DNA of 64,000 nt, taken from the NCBI GenBank assembly GCA_001508005.1, contig LGEZ01000005.1:10150-74149 (forward strand), in the 5' to 3' direction. Origin of the DNA: Clostridia bacterium 41_269 (GTDB lineage Bacteria > Bacillota > DTU086). A program made the translations under genes and the position numbers. The notes under the pieces are model-generated. The model searched no databases, had not been told where the DNA came from, and saw only the letters and a program-made list of their open reading frames with translations. Below are positions 1 to 13,188 of the stretch, one piece after another (position 1 is the first letter of the stretch; the number at the start of each line of letters is the position of its first letter).

Positions 1-836
1 CCGGAGTTTTTTTCCTCAATGACTGCGCCAGCTTCCCGAAGCTTAGCCATAACGGGTTTCAGGTGGTCGATGATGGCGTTTTCCACCAAAATGTCGCCGC
101 CGCATGCCGCCGCTGCCACCATAAAGGTTCCCGCCTCTATTCTGTCGGGAATCACCGTATGCTGTACGGGTTTAAGTTCCTTTACCCCTTCTATTCTTAT
201 TATGTTGGTGCCGGCTCCGGTTATGCGGCTTCCCATGCTGTTTAAAAAGTTGGCAAGATCCACTATTTCAGGTTCTTCTGCGGCATTTTCTATGATGGTA
301 ATTCCTTCAGCCAGGGAAGCAGCCATCATGATGTTTTCTGTGGCTCCTACGCTGGGAAAGTCCAGGTATATTCTTGCGCCCGCAAGCTTTTTAGCCCTTA
401 CGGTAATCCAGCCGTGATCCTTTTTTATGTCTGCTCCCATGGCTGCAAGACCTTTAAGATGAAGGTCAATGGGACGCGCTCCAATGGCACAACCTCCGGG
501 CATGGACATTTTTGCATAGCCCGTTCTTGCCAAAAGGGGACCCATTACGAGAATGGAAGCCCTCATCCTGCGCATAAATTCGTAGGGAGCTTCGGAAGAA
601 GCTACATCGGAAAAATCTATGTGCAAAACGTCTCCTTCCCTGCGGCATATGCCCCCAAGGTTTTTCAGCAACTCACACATGGTCCTTACGTCCGCAAGAT
701 CTGGAATCTCTCTGAGTACGGTTTCTCCCGATGCCAGAATGGAGGCAGCCATGACGGGAAGGACGGAGTTTTTTGCACCGCTTATGCGTACGGACCCTTC
801 CAGGGGAGTTCCCCCTTCGATCATGATTTTTTCCAC
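1..836 (-). CDS. murA: UDP-N-acetylglucosamine 1-carboxyvinyltransferase MurA (partial; C-terminus lies beyond window start)
   Basis: Reverse complement from 836 reads GGAGGA-N7-GTG then VEKIMIEGGTPLEGSVRISGAKNSVLPVMAASILASGETVLREIPDLADVRTMCELLKNLG, a typical MurA N-terminus. It lies downstream of atpC-ywmB as in Bacillus. It is not in the ORF track because it runs off the window edge. Confidence 0.8.
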   Translation of the reverse strand, partial: MEKIMIEGGTPLEGSVRISGAKNSVLPVMAASILASGETVLREIPDLADVRTMCELLKNLGGICRREGDVLHIDFSDVASSEAPYEFMRRMRASILVMGPLLARTGYAKMSMPGGCAIGARPIDLHLKGLAAMGADIKKDHGWITVRAKKLAGARIYLDFPSVGATENIMMAASLAEGITIIENAAEEPEIVDLANFLNSMGSRITGAGTNIIRIEGVKELKPVQHTVIPDRIEAGTFMVAAAACGGDILVENAIIDHLKPVMAKLREAGAVIEEKNS

Positions 837-944
837 AAATGTATCCTCCTTATGTACCGTGAACCCGTCACTATATATGTTTATAAGCTCATTATTCTAG
901 ACTGCTGAAAGTTTTCCTGCAACCATATATTTTCTTTCATAAGC

Positions 945-1727
945 TTAATATTCTCCCACAAGGAGGGGAGAGCCTATATAAATATACGTTTGTCCGTCGC
1001 TGTTATGATATCTTAAAGCCACATTGAGATTAACAAAATTTTTTCCCAGCTTAATTTTTTCCCTAATTCCAGGAGCAAATCCTGTACAGCTTACCAGTTC
1101 GCTGTTTTCCACACCGCCAATTTTTTTTGCTTTTGCTGCAGAAAAAAGATTGTCCACCAATTCCCTTTTAGCCTTTAAAGACAGTTTTCCTGGATAGACG
1201 GCAGTAATATTTGTAAGAACCTGGGGAGTGCTTCCGCCGGGAAAAGAAAGAGCCGTTTTTACTCTGGAAGACCAGTAATGCTTTTCCCCAACATTAATTT
1301 TTCGTGCCAGGCTGACGGTAACGTAGGTTTCTCCGGCTCTGTTGGGCAGTGTGTAGTTGATTAGGGATTGGGCAGCAATGCTTATTAAAGTTCCATCTTC
1401 TGATAGGTGCTGTACCCTTACCTGGCGGAAGTCCCGACTTTCCTCTACTTTAAGTTCGGGGTTTCTTACACCAAGCCTTTCTGCGGTTTTTAAAGCAGTT
1501 CTTTTTAAAGGACTAATTTCCATATAACTTCTGTTTACTTTTGTCCATCCTTGAACCATCAACTCCACAGGTTTTGCTCCTGAATTTTCCACCAATTTGT
1601 AAAGAATTTCTTCAGAACCCAAATTGTACACCATACTCTGGGCAGGCTGCCAGTAAAAGGGAAACAGAGCTGCTAAAATAATCAAAACCATAAGTCCCTG
1701 CTTTGCACTTATTTTCAAGGCACTCAC
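945..1727 (-). CDS. YwmB-like protein (DUF1779 family), signal-anchored
   Basis: 260 aa with an N-terminal hydrophobic segment. It sits in the conserved position between atpC and murA, as ywmB does in Bacillus. Confidence 0.5.
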   Translation of the reverse strand: MSALKISAKQGLMVLIILAALFPFYWQPAQSMVYNLGSEEILYKLVENSGAKPVELMVQGWTKVNRSYMEISPLKRTALKTAERLGVRNPELKVEESRDFRQVRVQHLSEDGTLISIAAQSLINYTLPNRAGETYVTVSLARKINVGEKHYWSSRVKTALSFPGGSTPQVLTNITAVYPGKLSLKAKRELVDNLFSAAKAKKIGGVENSELVSCTGFAPGIREKIKLGKNFVNLNVALRYHNSDGQTYIYIGSPLLVGEY

Positions 1728-1935
1728 TCCAATTACAATTTTTAAAAACTTTTTATTTATATACTTGACAGTTTTTCTTAATGTTAGTCGCTCTAAAAGA
1801 AGTCATTAAAACTAAAGGAAAACATTAAAAATATCTTCCTCTGTAAATATCAACCGTTTCCCCCTTTTCATCTGTGTGTTATACTTGTACAAGAAAGCAA
1901 ATTTAAAAAGCCAATATCCGTGGAGGGGATAAGAG

Positions 1936-2559
1936 ATGTCCGCAAATGAATTTAAAAAGTACAATATAGATTTTGAGGTAGAAGTAAATCTTGATACTGA
2001 AGGTAAAGTAGTTGACGATTCTGATGAGGAGGAAGCTCTAAAAAGAGCTCAGATGGAAGAAGAGGAAAGGAAGAAAAAAGAAGAGAGAAGAAGAAAGAGG
2101 GAAATTCTGCTTACGGGAAAGGATCTGGATGATCTGGGAGAAGAAATTGGAGTTTCCCGCAATAACGGTGAGAGCGACAAGGACTATAGAAACAGAATGG
2201 CAATGAAAGAAGTGGAAGGAAACCTTGAAAAGTGTCTTGAGGCAGCTTTGGCAAAGCGCAGAAAGAACTGGAGCTCTGATGAAGTAAGACTTTATAAAGT
2301 TTTCCAAACTGCAACGGTTGAAATAAGGAAAAAGTTCATTACTGACTATCTCAACAGGGAGGAGTATTCCGAGAAGGTACAGCAGATTGCTGCGAGGTAT
2401 TATGTAAGATTTCCTGAGCCCTGCGTGCTGAGCAATGAGCTGAGGGAATTAATGGTATGGTTCCTTGGAACTGTCGCTCCCTGGGAAAGGGACCCCTGCC
2501 TTGGATGCACCCACTGCCCCCTGGGTAAACACCCTGGAGAAGAGCAGGGGCAGATTTAA
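1936..2559 (+). CDS. hypothetical protein with an acidic/basic low-complexity N-terminal half and a C-terminal CxxCxxC motif
   Basis: 207 aa, the only plus-strand ORF in this region. It is not overlapped by any minus-strand gene. Contains an EEEERKKKEERRRKRE stretch and ends CLGCTHCPLG. Confidence 0.4.
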   Translation: MSANEFKKYNIDFEVEVNLDTEGKVVDDSDEEEALKRAQMEEEERKKKEERRRKREILLTGKDLDDLGEEIGVSRNNGESDKDYRNRMAMKEVEGNLEKCLEAALAKRRKNWSSDEVRLYKVFQTATVEIRKKFITDYLNREEYSEKVQQIAARYYVRFPEPCVLSNELRELMVWFLGTVAPWERDPCLGCTHCPLGKHPGEEQGQI

Positions 2560-2604
2560 ATTTAACGGCCGAGATTCAAGAAAACATAATAATAAAAGTA
2601 AAAA

Positions 2605-2657
2605 GAGGAACGCAGATCTGATGTTGTTCTTCCTTAACCCGCGTTCCTCTTTTTTTG
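2605..2657. terminator. bidirectional rho-independent terminator between convergent atpC and the 1936-2559 ORF
   Basis: GAGGAACGC...GCGTTCCTC stem, followed by TTTTTTTG on plus and preceded by an A-run that gives a U-run on minus. Confidence 0.5.
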
Positions 2658-2679
2658 TATAACCCCCTTGGGCTGGTTT

Positions 2680-3087
2680 TTAAATTTTGCCTGCTGCCTT
2701 CAGCCTTGCCAATGCTCTCTGCAGGGCCAGCTGAGCCCTTACGTAATCAATGTTTTCTTTCCTTTCCCTCAGTCTCTGCAGAGCCCTTTCCTTTGCCGCA
2801 ATGGCTCTATCCACATCAATTTCCTCAGCCAGCTCTGCGGTATCCGCAAGGATAGTTACAACATTGTCTGCTACTTCCATAAAACCTCCGCTGATGGCCA
2901 TTTTCTTTTCCTGTCCCTTTAAGCTGTACCTCACAACCCCTATTCTCAGGCTGGTAATTAAGGGTGCGTGATTGGAGAGAATACCCAGGTATCCTTCGGC
3001 TGCTGGAACGACGATGGAATCCGCCTGAGTTTTTATAACATGGCGTTCTGGAGTAACAACCTCCATTGTAAGAATTTTTTCAGCCAT
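2680..3087 (-). CDS. atpC: F0F1 ATP synthase subunit epsilon
   Basis: 135 aa. Position after atpD. Recognisable epsilon-subunit sequence (VVTPERHV..., C-terminal helical hairpin). Confidence 0.93.
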   Translation of the reverse strand: MAEKILTMEVVTPERHVIKTQADSIVVPAAEGYLGILSNHAPLITSLRIGVVRYSLKGQEKKMAISGGFMEVADNVVTILADTAELAEEIDVDRAIAAKERALQRLRERKENIDYVRAQLALQRALARLKAAGKI

Positions 3088-3102
3088 TTTATCAGCGCTC
3101 CT

Positions 3103-4563
<1,461 letters not shown>

Positions 4564-5439
4564 TTACATATTCTTCAAAGCTTCTGCACCGCCGACAATT
4601 TCTGAGATTTCCTTGGTAATTGCAGCCTGGCGGGCACGGTTGTATGAAAGGATGAGCTTATCGATGATTTCCTGAGCATTATCCGTAGCGTTGCCCATGG
4701 CTGTCATTCTGGCACCGTGCTCACTGGCTTTTGCTTCAAGGAGAGCGTGATAAACCTGAATTTCTATATGCCGCGGGAGAAGCTCTCCCAAAACCTCAGC
4801 AGGAGACGGCTCAAAAATGTATTCCACTTCACTCCAGTGTTCTTCGCCTTCCCCTTCCCCTGCCTCGGTTTCTACAGGAAGAAGCCTTACTATAGTGGGC
4901 TTCTGCTGGATAGGTGAAATAAACTCATTGAACAGCAGGTGCACTTCCCGCAGTGTTCCATCTGTAAACAGTTCCATGAGTTCCTTAGCCAGCTCTCGAG
5001 CCTGAATGTATGTGGGGATGTCCCCTATGTTTATATAATCCCTCAGAAGGGGATAATTTCTGTAGCGGAAGTAGTCCCTACCCTTCCGACCCAGGGCAAT
5101 GATCGCTGCTTCGTCCCTGCAGGAATCAATATGCTGTTGGGCAAGGCGCAGGATGTTGATGTTGTAGCCGCCTGCCAAACCCCTGTCGCCTGTTATAACC
5201 ACAAAGCCTATTTTACCCTTTTCAGGATATGACAGAAGGGGATGCTTAAACTCTCCCACCCCTGCGGTGAGCCTTCCCAGCACTTCCTGCATTTTATTGG
5301 AATAGGGCCTTGAAGAAACTGCTTTCTCCTGGGCACGGCGGAGTTTAGCTGCTGCAACCATCTCCATCGCTTTTGTAATTTTCTGGGTGCTCTTTATGCT
5401 TCGGATCCTCCGCTTTATATCCCTGGTGCTTTGAGCCAA
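4564..5439 (-). CDS. atpG: F0F1 ATP synthase subunit gamma
   Basis: 291 aa. N-terminus MAQSTRDIKRRIRSIKSTQKITKAMEMVAAAKLRRAQ is the gamma signature. Confidence 0.95.
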   Translation of the reverse strand: MAQSTRDIKRRIRSIKSTQKITKAMEMVAAAKLRRAQEKAVSSRPYSNKMQEVLGRLTAGVGEFKHPLLSYPEKGKIGFVVITGDRGLAGGYNINILRLAQQHIDSCRDEAAIIALGRKGRDYFRYRNYPLLRDYINIGDIPTYIQARELAKELMELFTDGTLREVHLLFNEFISPIQQKPTIVRLLPVETEAGEGEGEEHWSEVEYIFEPSPAEVLGELLPRHIEIQVYHALLEAKASEHGARMTAMGNATDNAQEIIDKLILSYNRARQAAITKEISEIVGGAEALKNM

Positions 5440-5473
5440 AATATCTCACCACCTTTAAGGCATAACAGAAGTA

Positions 5474-7553
<2,080 letters not shown>

Positions 7554-7557
<4 letters not shown>

Positions 7558-8039
7558 TGTATTTCCCCCACTTCAGCTAAAAATTCCCGCACAAGCTTTT
7601 CGTGATCCTCTTTGGTTATGCTTTTTTCCAGGACTTTACCTGCAGCCATTACAGCAAGGGTTGCAATCTCATCCCGCACTTCCTTCAAAGCCTGCTCTTT
7701 TTCCCGCCTGATTTCTTCCCGCGCCTTTTCGATTATCCTTGCTGCTTCTTCATGTGCCTGAGATATTATCTTGTTTCTGTTCTCTTCAGCAGCTTTATTG
7801 GCCTGATTTATAATAGCCTGAGCTTCGGATTTGGCATCGGCAATCTTTTTCTTATATTCCTCAAGCATCTCCTCTGCCTGCTTCTTCAATGCTTCAGCAC
7901 TGGAAAGATTGCTTTTTATTTCTTCACTTCTCTTGTCGAGGGTGTTCAAAATAGGATTCCAAAGGAATTTGTATAAAAGGGCCAATAAAACCAGAAAATT
8001 TATAATTGCCCAGATTAATTCGTTGAGATCAATGTGCAT
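7554..8039 (-). CDS. atpF: F0F1 ATP synthase subunit b
   Basis: 161 aa. Single N-terminal TM followed by a long charged helix. Confidence 0.9.
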
Positions 8040-8120
8040 AAACTCCTGCCCCCTCTCTTCCCAGAAAGTACCCTACGGGCGATCTTAAAAGACCGCCCGA
8101 AAGGGTTTTCCGGCTCATGT

Positions 8121-8354
<234 letters not shown>

Positions 8355-8430
8355 TTATACCCCTCCTTTCCCCCCAAATCTCTAGGGTATTACTTATAAA
8401 AACGTTCCCCAGCCTGCGTTAATGGTGCTT

Positions 8431-9099
8431 TTAATGATGTTCCTCTGTTGCTTCATAGAAGTAGATGGATGACAGCAGTGTAAAAACTATTGCCTGGATG
8501 AGTCCGAATAAAACAGACAAAAGCATCACTGGAAGAGGTACGAAATAGGGAATTAATCCTAAAAGCGTTGCTATGACCATTTCTTCGCCGAAGATGTTGC
8601 CGTAAAGACGGAGCGACAGAGAGAGCGGTCTAACAAAGTGCTCAATTATGTTTAAAGGAAGCATAAATACAGGCTGAAGGAACTTTTTTAAATAACCAAT
8701 ACCATGCGCTTTAACGCCGAATATATGGGTTGCAAAGAACACCGTTATGGCCAGACCTGCAGTGACGCTCCAAGTAGATGTGGGAGCCGCAAGCCCGGGA
8801 ACGTGCCCTGCTCCTGGTATTAATCCTGAATAGTTGGAAATCAAAATAAAGAGAAACATAGTCCCTAAAAAAGGAAGAAACATTCTTGCCTTTTCATAAC
8901 CTATGATGCCGCTGAAAAAGTTTAAAAGCATCTCCACAACCATTTCCAGGGCATTCTGAATTCCCTTTGGTATTTTTTCCATATTTCTGGTTGCCAGAAT
9001 GCTGAGGATAGTTAATACCAGCATAATTGCCCACATGGTGGTTACGGTGCTTGTAACTCCCAGCCCGAAGATGTGAAAAAGATAATGGGTTTCATGCAT
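8431..9099 (-). CDS. atpB: F0F1 ATP synthase subunit a
   Basis: 222 aa polytopic membrane protein with the conserved R in ...LSLRLYGNIFGE.... Confidence 0.9.
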   Translation of the reverse strand: MHETHYLFHIFGLGVTSTVTTMWAIMLVLTILSILATRNMEKIPKGIQNALEMVVEMLLNFFSGIIGYEKARMFLPFLGTMFLFILISNYSGLIPGAGHVPGLAAPTSTWSVTAGLAITVFFATHIFGVKAHGIGYLKKFLQPVFMLPLNIIEHFVRPLSLSLRLYGNIFGEEMVIATLLGLIPYFVPLPVMLLSVLFGLIQAIVFTLLSSIYFYEATEEHH

Positions 9100-9108
9100 T
9101 CTCCTTTA

Positions 9109-9393
9109 TCACCCCTTTCTTTTGTAAATATAGCAAATAAGTATAATATTTTTAACCACCGTAAGCCCAAGGGCAGTTCCCATAAGTACAGGTATGTTTT
9201 TATACACCAAAAAGAGAGCGGAAAAATTTATTAAATACCTTAATACGTATGCTCCTGCAAGCCTTCTCTTTGTTTTTTCATTGTTTAAGCTTTTTTTGGG
9301 GAAAGCTGCCTTAATGGAAATGAAATTATTCAAAACGCCCACTGCTGTGCCAAAAAGAAGTCCTTTTAAAAAGGGCATCAACCATGAAGGCAT
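9109..9393 (-). CDS. atpI: ATP synthase protein I (AtpI)
   Basis: 94 aa small membrane protein immediately upstream of atpB. Confidence 0.6.
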   Translation of the reverse strand: MPSWLMPFLKGLLFGTAVGVLNNFISIKAAFPKKSLNNEKTKRRLAGAYVLRYLINFSALFLVYKNIPVLMGTALGLTVVKNIILICYIYKRKG

Positions 9394-9409
9394 AATCTAC
9401 TGCTCCTTT

Positions 9410-9646
9410 TTATTCTCTCCCGTTATCCTCTCCCTCGGTACCGCCTCCTCCACCGCTGTTCAGTTTTGAAAACTCCGTTATTAAATGATGAAAGGACATT
9501 CCTATAGCAAGGAGAATTCCAACAAGGGTCAGCCATGGATTCGTGCCAAGCTTTTCATCTGCCCAGCGCCCCAGGTAATAAAATATGGCAAGGCGTATGG
9601 CCATGGCTATCCCGAAGGATATTCCCACATTTACATGCCTGAGCAT
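9410..9646 (-). CDS. AtpZ/AtpI-family small membrane protein heading the atp operon
   Basis: 78 aa, two TM segments, Gly-rich acidic tail. First gene of the operon. Confidence 0.5.
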   Translation of the reverse strand: MLRHVNVGISFGIAMAIRLAIFYYLGRWADEKLGTNPWLTLVGILLAIGMSFHHLITEFSKLNSGGGGGTEGEDNGRE

Positions 9647-9814
9647 GGTGCGGATTTTTTCATTTTTAATAGGGCATCAGCTCCCAAGGTCTTAAAAAAA
9701 TACTGGTCGCCTAGCGTAATAGGTCGAATTGCGCCAGTATTATTGGAATTTATATTCTCTATGTCACATAATTACCAAAATGAAAAATAATATGCAGAAT
9801 TTGAATCCAAATTT

Positions 9815-9840
9815 TTGGTATACCAAATTTGGTATACCAA
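9815..9840. promoter_or_regulatory. two tandem copies of the perfect 12-bp palindrome TTGGTATACCAA upstream of the atp operon
   Basis: Sequence TTGGTATACCAAatTTGGTATACCAA with a 14-bp period. It lies 170 to 200 nt upstream of the atpZ start, between wecB and atp. Confidence 0.5.
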
Positions 9841-9913
9841 CAAGCCACATTTTATATTCTCCCAGCTGCTTCAAAATCCTTTTAAAAAAAATAAAAATTT
9901 TAAAATTTTATCA

Positions 9914-11107
9914 TTATTTTTTATAAGATCTGCTTCCAAAATCTGCCGAAAACTCAGCCGGAATTTCGCTGCTTAAACCATAGCTGTATTCCAGCCACTT
10001 CCTTATTCTATAAGAAGCCTTCCCATCTCCGTAGGGATTTACAGCATTTGCCATTGCCTGGTATTCCTTCTCATCTAAAAGAAGCCTTCTAGTTTCCCTT
10101 ACAATTCTGCTCCTGCTGAAGCCCACAAGACGCACCGTTCCTGCTTCCACGGCTTCTGGACGCTCTGTTATCTCCCTTAAAACCAGGACAGGTTTTCCAA
10201 GGGCTGGAGCCTCTTCCTGCAAGCCTCCGGAATCCGTAAGCACAAGATAGCAGCGCGCCATTAAATTTACGAAGGGTGCATACTCAAGGGGTTCAATGAG
10301 ATGAACCCTTTCCCTTCCCCCCAAAAGTTTCTTAGCTAGAGCCTGTATGGCAGGATTTTTGTGCACTGGGAAAACCACTTCAACATCTGAAAACATATCT
10401 ACCAATTCAGCCAGAGCTGAAAAAATCTCTTCCATGGGCTTTCCCCAGTTTTCCCTGCGGTGTGCTGTAACCAGGATAATTCTTCTGTTTTTAAAATCTA
10501 AGCGCCCCAGGAGCCCTTCAAATCTATATTCTGGGTTCACAGAAGCAAAAAGGGCATCAATCACTGTGTTTCCCGTCACAAAAATGCTGTCTCTACTAAC
10601 ACCTTCTTTAAGGAGGTTTTCTCTTGCCGCTTCTGTGGGTGCGAAGTGAAAATCTGCCAGCGCCCCGGTGAGCCTGCGGTTCATCTCCTCGGGAAAAGGA
10701 GCGTATTTGTCCCGGGTGCGGAGCCCTGCCTCCACATGCCCCACAGGGGTTTTTTCATAAAAAGCAGCAAGGGCTGAAGCAAAAGTGGTGGTGGTATCGC
10801 CGTGAACCAAAACGAGGTCTGGCCTTTCCTTTACAATAATATTTTCAATACCTTCAAGCACTCTGCCGGTGATTTCAGAAAGGGTCTGCCCGTGCCGCAT
10901 TATATTTAGGTCATAGTGGGGTTTTATCTCAAAAAGATCCAGCACCTGATCAAGCATTTCCCTGTGCTGAGCGGTCACCGCCACTATGGGCAGCATGTTC
11001 GGGCTTTTTTGGAGTTCCTTTACCAGGGGAGCCATCTTTATGGCTTCGGGCCTGGTGCCGAACACAACGAGTATTTTTATTTTTCTCCCGCTAGGCAAGT
11101 TTTTCAC
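9914..11107 (-). CDS. wecB: UDP-N-acetylglucosamine 2-epimerase (non-hydrolysing)
   Basis: 397 aa. N-terminus KIKILVVFGTRPEAIKMAPLV and the HVEAGLRT motif are typical of WecB/MnaA. Confidence 0.9.
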   Translation of the reverse strand: MKNLPSGRKIKILVVFGTRPEAIKMAPLVKELQKSPNMLPIVAVTAQHREMLDQVLDLFEIKPHYDLNIMRHGQTLSEITGRVLEGIENIIVKERPDLVLVHGDTTTTFASALAAFYEKTPVGHVEAGLRTRDKYAPFPEEMNRRLTGALADFHFAPTEAARENLLKEGVSRDSIFVTGNTVIDALFASVNPEYRFEGLLGRLDFKNRRIILVTAHRRENWGKPMEEIFSALAELVDMFSDVEVVFPVHKNPAIQALAKKLLGGRERVHLIEPLEYAPFVNLMARCYLVLTDSGGLQEEAPALGKPVLVLREITERPEAVEAGTVRLVGFSRSRIVRETRRLLLDEKEYQAMANAVNPYGDGKASYRIRKWLEYSYGLSSEIPAEFSADFGSRSYKK

Positions 11108-11153
11108 GCTCCACTTCGTCGGGCTTTTGAATATTTTGAATACTTCCCGTCCG

Positions 11154-11603
11154 CTATTCTTTAAGGTATCCCCTGCGGATAAGCTTCTGACGGTGCTCCT
11201 TTAAAAGAGCCTCCATATCCACGTCCAGCTGATAGGCAAAGGTGGCGCAGGTCTGCATAACATCAAGAAGCTCCCTTGCTATGAAAACCTCGATTTCCCT
11301 CTCGGATATCTCATCTTTTATAATCTTTTCCCTCATTTTGGCATACTTTTCCGCTATTTGTTCAATAGCCCTGATATCAATGGAAGCCTCCGCACCCAGG
11401 GCATCGGAAATCTCCCTACCCATATCCCGGCTCAAAAGCTTTAAAAGAGCTGTTTTCTTGTCTTCCCCCGAAAGCCCCCTTATTTTTCCCACAATTTCGC
11501 TCATTTCCCCAACTTCTTCGGCTATCTTTATCATTGTACCTTCAAGGGTAGGTTTGAGATCAAGGCGGGGGAAAACCCTCTGGAGATCATCCACTAAGCC
11601 CAC
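11154..11603 (-). CDS. all-alpha MazG/HisE-like nucleotide pyrophosphohydrolase domain protein (tentative)
   Basis: 149 aa. EExGE-type motif IAEEVGEMSEIVGK. Weak family assignment. Confidence 0.35.
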   Translation of the reverse strand: MGLVDDLQRVFPRLDLKPTLEGTMIKIAEEVGEMSEIVGKIRGLSGEDKKTALLKLLSRDMGREISDALGAEASIDIRAIEQIAEKYAKMREKIIKDEISEREIEVFIARELLDVMQTCATFAYQLDVDMEALLKEHRQKLIRRGYLKE

Positions 11604-11634
11604 TGCACTTCCTGCCTCCTCTTTTTTGTAAAAT

Positions 11635-12072
11635 CTAAACCGATCCGAATTCCTCTACCAAATCTTCAACAAGCTTTTTAATTTCATCCCTAGTTTTGCG
11701 GAAAACATTGAGAACTTCTTCCCTGCTTCCCACTGCCCCCGCAGGATCTTCAAGAGACCAATGCCTGTGCTCAACACCAGGAGGTATTACGGGGCAGTTA
11801 TCCCTAGCATCGCCGCACAGGGTTACAACAAGACTGCACCTTTTTAAAATTGACACATTAATGGGATCAGAGGTTTGCCCCGAAATATCGATTCCTACTT
11901 CTTTCATTACTTCCACCGCATAGGGATTAAGCCCCTTAGGGTCTGTCCCTCCACTGTAAACTTCAAAAACATCCCCTCCAAGGGCCTTTGCAAAGCCCTC
12001 AGCCATTTGGCTTCTGGCTGAATTTCCAATGCAGATAAAGTATACCACTTTTTTGCCCACCTTCACCAGCAC
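11635..12072 (-). CDS. arsC: arsenate reductase, thioredoxin-coupled LMW-PTP family
   Basis: 145 aa. P-loop CIGNSARSQMAEG and VVTLCGDA closely match B. subtilis ArsC. Confidence 0.8.
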   Translation of the reverse strand: MLVKVGKKVVYFICIGNSARSQMAEGFAKALGGDVFEVYSGGTDPKGLNPYAVEVMKEVGIDISGQTSDPINVSILKRCSLVVTLCGDARDNCPVIPPGVEHRHWSLEDPAGAVGSREEVLNVFRKTRDEIKKLVEDLVEEFGSV

Positions 12073-12244
12073 TCTCCTTAATAAATCTTATAAATAAAAT
12101 CTTATAAACCGGTTTGACTGCAGAAACGCCGCAATAAAATACGCATCAAAATACGCATCGGTTTTTTAATCCTATAATAAATTTTTCATAAATAAATTCA
12201 TTTTCACGCCAAGGAAACCTTTAGGCAAAGAAAATTTTTTAATA

Positions 12245-12278
12245 AAAAAGGAGATTCTTCATCGAATCTCCTCAAACT
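12245..12278 (-). terminator. rho-independent terminator on the minus strand inside the arsC / marR intergenic region
   Basis: Minus-strand RNA GAGGAGAUUCGAUGAAGAAUCUCC followed by UUUUUUAUU. Confidence 0.5.
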
Positions 12279-12741
12279 GCCAATAAAACCGCTTTTACTG
12301 CACTCTGCTTGACGGCTTATCCTAGGCAATCATCCTTTATTAACTCTTCATTTTTCCCCATCCGGCTCACACAGCCTGATTACAGACCGTTTTCCAGCTT
12401 ACATGTCTGCTTTTTCTGCTGAATACCCACAGGTTAAGCATATAAGGGTTAATTCGTTTAAGGACCTCGTCTCAAATAATTGCCTTGAGCGTTTTATCGG
12501 TACTTTCAAGAATAAGAACCAGACAGCGGGAACAGCGAAATGGCTTCGGAAATCAGCAGGCTGGCTTCTCTGAATGGCAGAGAAAGGAAAGGCAGAATAT
12601 AAAAGTCTCAGCCCGGGGGCACACCCAGGCATTATTTTTTATTGCCCCCCTGCATTTAAATTCTATTGAAATCTTTTCTCCAGGGTGCTAACATGTTAAT
12701 AAGTGTTTAATTCGATTCCGAAATTTTTTCCCTGAAAAAGG

Positions 12742-13188
12742 GTGAGGGCTTTGGAGTATCTAACTTTTCTTGGGCTTCTCTGCCGGCTCCACGGAAAGCT
12801 GGCACGGAAGCTTTCTCCCATTTTCAGCGAGAAAGGGCTCTCGGGAACAGAGGCAGTAACCCTCTGGAAAATTGACAGAAAAGGTCCGTGGAAAACAACA
12901 GACCTGGCAGAACATCTCGGCATCCCCACAAGCACCTTCACAGGGATACTGGACCGCCTTGAGGCCAGGGGGTTTATACAGCGGAAGGCCGATCCCGACG
13001 ACAGGAGGAGCATTTTTGTCTACGGAACTCCTCTTCTTAAGGAATTTATGATTTGTTTTACCCAAAAAACGGAAGAGGAGCTGAGAAAAATACTGGCAGA
13101 CCTGCCGGAAAACAATCTCCATCTAATTCTTGAAGCCCTTGTCACTCTGGATCGTTATCTCAGCTCCAAGGAAGGGAAGCAGTCATGA
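12742..13188 (+). CDS. MarR family transcriptional regulator
   Basis: 148 aa. Winged helix with the typical ...LHGKLARKL...TxxDLAEHLGIPTSTFTGILDRLEARGFIQRKADPDDRR pattern. Confidence 0.85.
   Translation: MRALEYLTFLGLLCRLHGKLARKLSPIFSEKGLSGTEAVTLWKIDRKGPWKTTDLAEHLGIPTSTFTGILDRLEARGFIQRKADPDDRRSIFVYGTPLLKEFMICFTQKTEEELRKILADLPENNLHLILEALVTLDRYLSSKEGKQS

Noticed and set aside
19-908. Plus-strand ORFs 19-417, 63-245, 414-908 and 619-900
   Set aside because: They lie antisense to the murA coding sequence, which reads cleanly on the minus strand with a recognisable MurA N-terminus. Composition is Ala/Ser/Pro-rich shadow-ORF type.
12399-12691. 77-aa (-) and 68-aa (+) ORFs in the arsC/marR intergenic region
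   Set aside because: No RBS, non-protein-like composition, and mutually overlapping. The region is better explained as non-coding (see finding).
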